Source of the DNA: Rhodanobacteraceae bacterium
GTDB taxonomy: Bacteria > Pseudomonadota > Gammaproteobacteria > Xanthomonadales > Rhodanobacteraceae
Direction of reading: 5' to 3'
Length of the DNA: 53,994 nucleotides
NCBI GenBank assembly: GCA_035263065.1
Contig: DATFRS010000337.1
Location: forward strand, 1-53,994
The position numbers and the translations under genes are program-made. Shown one piece after another: positions 47,198-53,994 of this stretch. Each line of letters begins with the position of its first letter. Position 1 is the first letter of the stretch. The notes below the pieces were generated by a model. The model searched no databases and was not told the DNA's origin. It saw only the letters and a list, made by a program, of their open reading frames with translations.

Positions 47198-48264
47198 CAG
47201 ACGGTCTCGGTGACCTTGCTGAGGTGCGGCGGCGAATCGGGATCGCGGCCGAGCCTGACGGCGAGCGCGTTGACGGCTTCGTAGAAGCGGTGCACGGCGA
47301 CGAGCGGCGTACACGCGGCGTCGACACCGGACGGCAGCGGCAACGTGTCGCAACCGCCGGCCTCGGCGCCGATCGTCCAGACGTGCGCTCCGCGCGCGCG
47401 AAACGTCGCGGCGACCTCGAGCGTGCTCGCCTGGGTGTCATCGTCCTGCACGAAGAAGACGACCGGAAAGCCGGGGCCGACCAGCGTCATCGGGCCATGC
47501 TGCACTTCGGCGGCGCTGAATGCCTCCGCGTGGATGCCGCAGGTTTCCTTGAGCTTCAACGCGGCTTCCTGCGCTGCGGCGAGACCGAGCCCGCGACCGA
47601 CGACGAACAGGCTGCGCGCGTCGGCGAGGCCGTCGACGAGCGAGTGCCAGTCGAGCTTCGCGTCGTCGTTCAGCGCGGCCGGCACTCGTGCCAGCGCGTC
47701 GCGCAGCACGGCGTCGTCCTTCCATTCGGCGACGAGATGCAGGATCGCCGACAGCGAGCACAGGAAGCTTTTCGTCGCGGCGACGCTGAGCTCGGGTCCG
47801 GCGCGCAGCGGAATCACGAAATCGGCCGCGCTCGCGAGCGGCGACGTCTCGACGTTGACCATCGCGACGACGCGCGCGCCGGCCTGTTTCGCGGCTTCGG
47901 CCTGACGCAGCAGGTCGGGGCTCTTGCCCGACTGCGAGATCGCGAGGAACAGCGTGCCGCCGAGATCCTGCTCGGCGCCGTAGATCGACTGCACGGACGG
48001 CGCGGCCGACATCGTCGCGATGCCGAGCCGCGTCTCGATCAGATACTTCGCGAACGTCGCCGCGTTGTCGGAGCTGCCGCGCGCACCGGTCGCGACGAGG
48101 CGCGGCGGATCTTCGCACAGCGATACGGCGAGCGCGCGCACGGCCGCGGCGTTGTCGGCGAGCTGGCGCGCGATCGCGGCCGACGACTCGGCGATCTCGC
48201 GACGCATCTTCGTGCCTTCCGGCGTCAGCGTGGGCTTTGTGTCTGCGGCCACTTCGAATCCCAT
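47197..48264 (-). CDS. nagB: SIS-domain glucosamine-6-phosphate deaminase (NagB-II)
   Basis: ARGSSDNAA, ISQSGKSPD, SVAATKS, EAALKLKET, HGP, DPDSPPHLSKVT; GlcNAc operon context. Confidence 0.9.
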   Translation of the reverse strand: MGFEVAADTKPTLTPEGTKMRREIAESSAAIARQLADNAAAVRALAVSLCEDPPRLVATGARGSSDNAATFAKYLIETRLGIATMSAAPSVQSIYGAEQDLGGTLFLAISQSGKSPDLLRQAEAAKQAGARVVAMVNVETSPLASAADFVIPLRAGPELSVAATKSFLCSLSAILHLVAEWKDDAVLRDALARVPAALNDDAKLDWHSLVDGLADARSLFVVGRGLGLAAAQEAALKLKETCGIHAEAFSAAEVQHGPMTLVGPGFPVVFFVQDDDTQASTLEVAATFRARGAHVWTIGAEAGGCDTLPLPSGVDAACTPLVAVHRFYEAVNALAVRLGRDPDSPPHLSKVTETV

Positions 48265-48274
48265 GACGTTCGCG

Positions 48275-49327
48275 TCATGCCGCCGGCAGCCGGACGCGCG
48301 CCGTCGAGTCGCGGATCACGAGCTGCGGGCTGAAGCCGCGGTTGGCGGGCACGGCGGTCGTCGCGTGCGGTTTCAATTCGGCGATGAGGCGCAGCGCCGC
48401 ATGACGCGCGATGTCCTCGGTCGCCTGCTTCGCGGTCGTCAGCGCGGGCCACGACTGCTTGGAGAACGGGCTGTCCTCGAAGCCCGCGATCGAAAGCTCG
48501 TACGGCACATCGATGCCGCTCGACTTCGCCGCGGCGAGCACACCGGCTGCGATCTCGTCGTTGGAACCGAAGATCGCGGTCGGCCGCTCGCGCAGCGCGA
48601 ACAGCCGGCGCGCGCCGCGGAAGCCGTCGTCGAACGAATAATCACCGGGGATCACGAGCTTCTTGTCGAGCGGAATGCCGTAGTCCTTGAGCGCGCTCTC
48701 GTAGCCCTTGAAGCGCTCCGGGCTCGATCGATGCGCTTCGCCGCCCCAGAGGAAGCCGATGCGCTGGTGGCCGAGCTGGATCAGGTGCTCGGTGATGTCG
48801 TAGGCCGCGTCGCGGTCGTCGACATAGACGCACGGATAGCCGTCGTTCGGATCCTCGGCGGCCGAGATGATGCGCACGAACTTGATGCCGTTGGCGGCGA
48901 GGTACTTGATGAGCTCCATGCGCTCGGACATCGGCGGCGCGAGCACGAGACCCGCGAGGCGTGCGCGGCGCACGAGCTCGTGCAGCTCGCCGGCGAGGTC
49001 GGGCACGGTCGAATCGCACGGATGGATCTGCAGGCCGAAGCCCTGGTCGCGGCACGCGGCGAGCACGCCGTTCTGCACGCTGATGACGTAGTACGGGTTC
49101 GGGTTGTCGTAGACGAGCCCGAGCGCGTAGGACGTCGCCGTGCGCAGGCTGCGCGCGCTCTGGTCGGGCTCGTACTTGAGATCCTCGATCGCGCGCTGCA
49201 CGCGCTCGCGCGTCGGGCCGCGCACGGAGGCCTCGTTGTTGATCACGCGCGAGACGGTCTTCAGCGAGACTTTCGCTCGGTGCGCGACGTCTTTGATCGT
49301 GGGTCGGTGCACGGGAGGCTTGGTCAA
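48275..49327 (-). CDS. nagR: LacI-family regulator of GlcNAc utilisation
   Basis: PTIKDVAHRAKVSLKTVSRVIN HTH plus a sugar-binding domain; start TTG 49327 or GTG 49312. Confidence 0.9.
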   Translation of the reverse strand: MTKPPVHRPTIKDVAHRAKVSLKTVSRVINNEASVRGPTRERVQRAIEDLKYEPDQSARSLRTATSYALGLVYDNPNPYYVISVQNGVLAACRDQGFGLQIHPCDSTVPDLAGELHELVRRARLAGLVLAPPMSERMELIKYLAANGIKFVRIISAAEDPNDGYPCVYVDDRDAAYDITEHLIQLGHQRIGFLWGGEAHRSSPERFKGYESALKDYGIPLDKKLVIPGDYSFDDGFRGARRLFALRERPTAIFGSNDEIAAGVLAAAKSSGIDVPYELSIAGFEDSPFSKQSWPALTTAKQATEDIARHAALRLIAELKPHATTAVPANRGFSPQLVIRDSTARVRLPAA

Positions 49328-49358
49328 CGCGATGGCCCGCCATCGTAGCTTGCACTCG

Positions 49359-49453
49359 CCTCTCCCGCTTGCGGGAGAGGCCGCCCGCCAGGGCGGGTGA
49401 GGGACGCCGTCGAGTTGCCCTCACCCCAACCCTCTCCCGCAAGCGGGAGAGGG
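49359..49453. repeat. REP doublet (CCCTCTCCCGC..GCGGGAGAGG family)
   Basis: Two inverted copies of the unit seen at 7960, each with a GGGTGAGGG/CCCTCACCC arm, between nagP and nagR. Confidence 0.88.
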
Positions 49454-49469
49454 GGAAAAGAAAGTGGGC

Positions 49470-50747
49470 TCATCGGCGCGCCGTTCCGACGCTGTGGCCG
49501 CGCAGCGCGTAGAACAGGATGTACGCGTAGCACGGCACCATGATCGCGACGAACACGAGCTGGAAGTCGTGATGCTCGCGCAGCACGGCGAACGTCTGCG
49601 GGATCACCGCGCCGCCGGCGATGCCCATGATCAGCAGCGCCGAGCCCGTCTCGGTCAGGCGGCCCAGCCCCGCGATCGCGAGCGGGAAGATCGCCGGCCA
49701 CATCATCGCGTTGGCGAAGCCGAGCGCCGCGACGAACGCGACCGACGCGTAGCCGTGCGTCACGTACGCACCGAGCGCGAGCACGATGCCGAGCGCCGCC
49801 GACAGCGTGAGATAGCGCGCCTGCGAGATGAAGCGCGGAATCGTGACAAGGCCGACGACATAGCCGACCAGCATCGCCGTCAGCGTGAACGAGGTGAAGA
49901 ACTTCGTCTCGTCGACCGGCAGGCCGAAGCCGCGGCCGTACGTGCCGATCGCGTCGCCCGCCATGACCTCGACGCCGACGTAGACGAAGAGGCACAGCAC
50001 GCCGAGCCAGAGATGCGGATGCGCGAAGATCGTGCGGTTCGCGCCGGCCGCATCGCTGCGGTTGACGTCCTCGGCGCGCACTTCGGGCAGTGGCGACTTC
50101 GCGATCCAGAGGCCAAGCACGCCGAGGATCGCCGCCATGACGAGATACGGCAGGTGGATGCGCGCGGCGAACGCGTCGAGCAGCGCGGCGCGCGACGCGG
50201 GATCGGCCGCCTGCACCTGCGCCTTGAGATCGCCGAGCCCGTGCATCACGAGCGCGCCGATCACGAGCGGCGCGAGGATGCCGGCGATCTTGTTGCAGAT
50301 GCCCATGAACGCGATGCGCTGCGCGGCGCTCTCGATCGGGCCGAGGATCGAGATGTATGGATTCGCCGCGGTCTGCAGCAGCGAAAGGCCCGCGCCGATC
50401 ACGAACAGGCCGGTCAGCGCGCCGGGATACCAGCGGCGCACCACGAACTCGCCGAACACGATCGCGCCAGCGGCCATGACGAGAAGGCCGAGCGCCATGC
50501 CTTTCTTCATGCCGGTGCGGCGCAGGATCCACGCCGCCGGCAGCGCGAGGAAGAAATACGAGAGATAGAACACCATCAGCACGAGGAACGCGTTGACGGT
50601 GTCGAGATCGAACGCGAGCTCGACGAACTGGATCAGCGGCCCGTTGAGCCAGGTGACGAATCCGAAGATGAAGAACAGAAGCCCGATGATCATCATCGGC
50701 GCGCGGTAGTCGCGCGCTCCTCTAAGGGCGGTGGCGCTCGTCGACAT
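49470..50747 (-). CDS. nagP: MFS sugar transporter (FucP/GluP family), GlcNAc permease
   Basis: LFFIFGFVTWLNGPLI, LLQTAANPY, LFVYVGVEV, NAMMWPAIFPLA; start ATG 50747. Confidence 0.9.
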   Translation of the reverse strand: MSTSATALRGARDYRAPMMIIGLLFFIFGFVTWLNGPLIQFVELAFDLDTVNAFLVLMVFYLSYFFLALPAAWILRRTGMKKGMALGLLVMAAGAIVFGEFVVRRWYPGALTGLFVIGAGLSLLQTAANPYISILGPIESAAQRIAFMGICNKIAGILAPLVIGALVMHGLGDLKAQVQAADPASRAALLDAFAARIHLPYLVMAAILGVLGLWIAKSPLPEVRAEDVNRSDAAGANRTIFAHPHLWLGVLCLFVYVGVEVMAGDAIGTYGRGFGLPVDETKFFTSFTLTAMLVGYVVGLVTIPRFISQARYLTLSAALGIVLALGAYVTHGYASVAFVAALGFANAMMWPAIFPLAIAGLGRLTETGSALLIMGIAGGAVIPQTFAVLREHHDFQLVFVAIMVPCYAYILFYALRGHSVGTARR

Positions 50748-50821
50748 CCTCGTGGCTCCCCTCGCAGCGGTGCGGCCGGGCATTCGGCCGGCGCCGCGAT
50801 TGTCCGCTCGCGGGCGGTGAT

Positions 50822-50835
50822 TATCAACGTTGTCA
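50822..50835. promoter_or_regulatory. NagR-type operator, imperfect copy (nagP side)
   Basis: TATCAACGTTGTCA, a 12/14 match to the palindrome at 50982; overlaps GATAAT on the minus strand. Confidence 0.7.
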
Positions 50836-50981
50836 GGCAATGATCCGGCGCGCTGCCGGAGCGCGCGTCGAAGGTGCATTCCTGCGGGAATTTTCGTCCC
50901 GACGGCGCAGGCACCCGCCCGCCGGCAAGACTCCAAAGGCCGGCCAGGAACCGTCCTCCGCAACAATTTTGCAATGCATAT

Positions 50982-50995
50982 TGACAACGTTGTCA
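50982..50995. promoter_or_regulatory. NagR-type operator, perfect palindrome (nagK side)
   Basis: TGACAACGTTGTCA, matching the Xanthomonas NagR box as I recall it; overlaps a TTGACA hexamer at 50981. Confidence 0.85.
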
Positions 50996-51070
50996 TACGG
51001 GCAGAGACTCGGCCGCACCGTAACCGGCCGTTCGAGCCGGGCGGATTGCGGCATGGGCGGAGAGGGAAGA

Positions 51071-52117
51071 GTGGGGCAGACGAGCCAAAGCGCTTTCGCG
51101 CATGCGCGCGCGTCGCTGATTGCGGCCGACGTGGGCGGCACGCACGCGCGCGTCGCGCTGCTCGACGCGGGTCCCGGCGGTCGCGACGACTTCGCGATCC
51201 TGCATTACCGCAAGTACGCCTGCGCCGACTATCCGAGTCTCTCGGCGATCATCGAGGACTTCCGCGCGACCGTCGACGGCGGCGACGTCGACCGCATCGC
51301 GCTCGCGCTCGCGGGCTACGTGATCGACGACGCCGTCGTCAACGTGAACCTGCCGTGGACCGTGTCGATCTCGGAGCTGCGCCGCGCGCTCGGCGTCGGC
51401 GAGCTCGCGATCGTCAACGACTTCGAGGCGGTCGCCCACGCGATCGGCCACGCCGACGCGTCCGGTGCGACGCTGCTGGCGGGCCCCGTGGAGGCGCCGC
51501 TGCCGGGACCGATGCTCGTCGTCGGCCCCGGCACCGGACTCGGCGCCGCATTGCGCATTCCGCACCACGATCGGCCCGTGATCCTCGCGACCGAAGCGGG
51601 GCAGTCGACGCTCGCCGCGTACACCGACCTCGAGTTCCGCCTGCTGCGCGAACTGCGCCAGCACACGCCGCGCGTGCAGATGGAACACGTGCTGTCGGGC
51701 ACCGGCCTCGCCAACCTGCATCGCGCGATCGGCGCGCTGCGCGGCGCGCCGGTGGCGAAGCTGTCGCCGGCCGAGATCACCGCGGCCGCGCTCTCGAAGT
51801 CGGACGACGTCGCCGCCGAGACGGTCGACGTGTTCTGCGGCTGGCTCGGCGCGGTGCTCGGCGATCTCGCGCTGATCTACGGCGCCGAGGGCGGCATCTA
51901 TCTCGCCGGCGGCGTGCTGCCGCAGATGAAGGAGCTCTTGGTCGCGAGCGCGTTCGTCGAGCGCTTTCTCGACAAGGGCGTCATGCGGCACGTGCTCGCG
52001 CAGACGCCGGTGCGGCTCGTCGAGCACGCGCAGCTCGGCGTCATCGGCGCGGCGAGCTGGTATCTCGGCAGGCATCCGGTCGACGCGCGCGCGGCGCGCG
52101 AGGCCAGCCATGCGTAA
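51071..52117 (+). CDS. nagK: Glucokinase-family sugar kinase (GlcNAc kinase, NagK-II)
   Basis: ADVGGTHAR, NLPW, NDFEA, GPGTGLG, EAG, LSGTGL, LAGG; start GTG 51071 (alternative ATG 51053). Confidence 0.88.
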   Translation: MGQTSQSAFAHARASLIAADVGGTHARVALLDAGPGGRDDFAILHYRKYACADYPSLSAIIEDFRATVDGGDVDRIALALAGYVIDDAVVNVNLPWTVSISELRRALGVGELAIVNDFEAVAHAIGHADASGATLLAGPVEAPLPGPMLVVGPGTGLGAALRIPHHDRPVILATEAGQSTLAAYTDLEFRLLRELRQHTPRVQMEHVLSGTGLANLHRAIGALRGAPVAKLSPAEITAAALSKSDDVAAETVDVFCGWLGAVLGDLALIYGAEGGIYLAGGVLPQMKELLVASAFVERFLDKGVMRHVLAQTPVRLVEHAQLGVIGAASWYLGRHPVDARAAREASHA

Positions 52118-52154
52118 GGCGTGCGCCACGATTTTGTTCGAGGAGTTCCATTCG

Positions 52155-52235
52155 ATGCAGATCCACCATGAGCCGGCGAAACGCAGCGAGGAAGCGCGCG
52201 TCAGCCGCAAACAACCAGAGAGGGGAGTGTCATGA
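52155..52235 (+). CDS. Possible 26-aa leader ORF coupled to the TonB-dependent receptor
   Basis: GAGGAG (52140-52145), ATG 52155, MQIHHEPAKRSEEARVSRKQPERGVS; its stop overlaps the receptor start (ATGA). Confidence 0.25.
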   Translation: MQIHHEPAKRSEEARVSRKQPERGVS

Positions 52236-53994
52236 CGTGCCGTAAAAGCCTTCTGTCAGCGAGCATTCTCGCCGGCTTGAGCTTCGCCAACGCGTTGTAC
52301 GCCGCGGACGCTCCCGCGCCCGCCGACGCACCCGCCGCAGGTCCCGCCGGCGCCGCGCAGGACTCGACATCGTCGGGCGAGGAGATGGAAACGATCGTCG
52401 TGCGCGGCATCCGCGAGAGCCTCAAGCGCTCTCTCGAGACCAAGCGCGATGCCGACGCCGTCGTCGACGCGATCACCGCCGAGGACATCGGCAAGTTCCC
52501 GTCGACGAACGTCGCCGAGGCGATGGCGCAGATCCCGGGCGTGACGATCGACCGCCGCTTCGGCCAGGGCGAGCGCGTCAGCATCAACGGTACCGATCCG
52601 AGCCTCAACCTCACGTTCCTCGACGGCCATCCGGTGGCCGAGACGACGTGGCTCTACGGCGAGCAGCCGAACCGCGGCTTCGACTACACGCTGCTGGCGC
52701 CGGAAATCCTCGGCAAGCTCGAAGTCTACAAGTCGCCCGAGGCGCGCCTGCCCGAAGGCAGCATCGGCGGCACGGTCATCATGCACACGCGCGAGCCGCT
52801 GGACCTCCGCTCGAACCTGATCGCGGGCTCGATCGGCGCGACGTACGGCGACCAGTCGGACACGACCAAGCCCAACGCGTCGTTCCTCTACAGTTGGAAG
52901 AATCCCGAATCGACGTTCGGCGCGGCGTTCTCCGTGCAGCACTACGAAGAGAAGGTCGATCGCCAGGGCGAGGAAATCTTCGGCTACAGCCCGGTGTCGA
53001 GCCTCGCTTCAAGCCCGTACATCGCCGACGCGATCGCGAACGGCACGCTGAATCCGAACGACGTCATGCCGCAGGAAATCAACGCCGCGTGGTTCCAGCA
53101 GACGCGCAAGCGCGATTCCGGCACCGTCAATCTCCAGTGGAAGCCGACGAGCGAGCTCGAGTTCGAAGCGAAGGGCCTCTACATCCGCGAGAACTTCAAC
53201 AACTTCAACCAGTCGATGTACGGCTTCACGAGCCAGACGCCGCAGAACATCACGAGCCTCACGCCCGGCGGCAACGGCATCATCACCGGCGGCCACTCGT
53301 GCGGTCTGGACGATCCGACGTGCCCGGGCCTTCCCGGAAACGGCGGCAACGGCCCGGTCAACACGTACATCGACAACCAGGCGCGCTCGTCGGTCGTCAA
53401 GACGTACGGCATCGATCTTTCCGGCATCTATCACGGCAACGACTGGAGCCTGTCGGGCCAGGGCGGCTATTCGCGCTCGAACAACACCGACAACACGCAG
53501 GCGTTCATCGAGCCGTACTACAACGGCGGCTATTCGTGGGACATCCACCGCGGCATCACGTTCGACGATTCGGCCGCGGCGGCGAATCCCGCCAACTGGC
53601 ACGACGGCGACACGCCGGGCGGCGGCTGGGGCGGCAACTTCGGCAAGTGGCCGGCGGAAGCGAAGGACGTCTACGGCCAGCTCGACTGGAGCAAGAACTT
53701 CGATTCGTGGATCAACGAGCTGCTGGTCGGCTACCGCTACGCCAAGCACGACGAGAGCCGCGCGCTCTACATCGTCGGCGGCGTGCGCACGGCCGATCTC
53801 GCGACGATCGGCTTCCACGGCTACACCGACATCCAGGGTTTCGACAACGACCAGAGCCATCACGTCCAGACGAGCTGGGACGACGTGCGCAACTGGGTGC
53901 TCGGCAGCCCGCTCGGCAACGTGCCCGATGCGGCGTCGTACCTCAACAACACGTACTCGCTGACGCAGGACTCGGACGCCGCCTACGCGCAGGC
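52232..53994 (+). CDS. TonB-dependent receptor, 3' end outside the window (probably for GlcNAc/chito-oligosaccharides)
   Basis: Not in the ORF track. My translation: MTCRKSLLSASILAGLSFANALYA...ETIVVRGIRESL (TonB box)...DAITAEDIGKFPSTNVAEAMAQIPGVTI...LEVYKSPEARLPEGSIGGTV; RBS GGGGAG. Confidence 0.95.
   Translation, partial: MTCRKSLLSASILAGLSFANALYAADAPAPADAPAAGPAGAAQDSTSSGEEMETIVVRGIRESLKRSLETKRDADAVVDAITAEDIGKFPSTNVAEAMAQIPGVTIDRRFGQGERVSINGTDPSLNLTFLDGHPVAETTWLYGEQPNRGFDYTLLAPEILGKLEVYKSPEARLPEGSIGGTVIMHTREPLDLRSNLIAGSIGATYGDQSDTTKPNASFLYSWKNPESTFGAAFSVQHYEEKVDRQGEEIFGYSPVSSLASSPYIADAIANGTLNPNDVMPQEINAAWFQQTRKRDSGTVNLQWKPTSELEFEAKGLYIRENFNNFNQSMYGFTSQTPQNITSLTPGGNGIITGGHSCGLDDPTCPGLPGNGGNGPVNTYIDNQARSSVVKTYGIDLSGIYHGNDWSLSGQGGYSRSNNTDNTQAFIEPYYNGGYSWDIHRGITFDDSAAAANPANWHDGDTPGGGWGGNFGKWPAEAKDVYGQLDWSKNFDSWINELLVGYRYAKHDESRALYIVGGVRTADLATIGFHGYTDIQGFDNDQSHHVQTSWDDVRNWVLGSPLGNVPDAASYLNNTYSLTQDSDAAYAQ

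Overview
A very GC-rich gammaproteobacterial chromosome segment. Gene order and protein style point to Lysobacterales/Xanthomonadales, most likely Rhodanobacteraceae (Dokdonella-like); this is inferred, not database-checked. The backbone is housekeeping: DUF2782-polA followed by an sX13-like C-loop small RNA, an XanA2-like AMP ligase, tsaC-topA-dprA-LysM/TsaP, def-fmt-rsmB-DUF4390-ntrY, a glycosyltransferase block separating ntrY from ntrX, bdhA-patatin, an LpxL-like acyltransferase, dtd-rpoD-tRNA(CAT, probably Ile2), and a GlcNAc utilisation locus (nagP-nagR-nagB-II-nagA / nagK-TonB-dependent receptor) with two NagR boxes. Accessory content is mostly regulator plus secreted-protein cassettes: two ECF sigma/Ser-Thr kinase pairs and one TrmB-LuxR regulator, each next to a secreted protein. 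Two of these secreted proteins share a short D-x-[IL]-F-x-D-G-F motif, one at the mature N-terminus and one at the C-terminus. The best novelty candidates are this motif, a terminator-ended ~100-nt RNA or leader upstream of bdhA, an orphan DUF2019 immunity-like gene, and a small coupled ORF before the TonB receptor. I found no integrase, transposase, prophage or CRISPR array; REP-type repeats are present. Family names come from recognising motifs by eye, and several start codons were moved from the ORF track using RBS position and overlaps.
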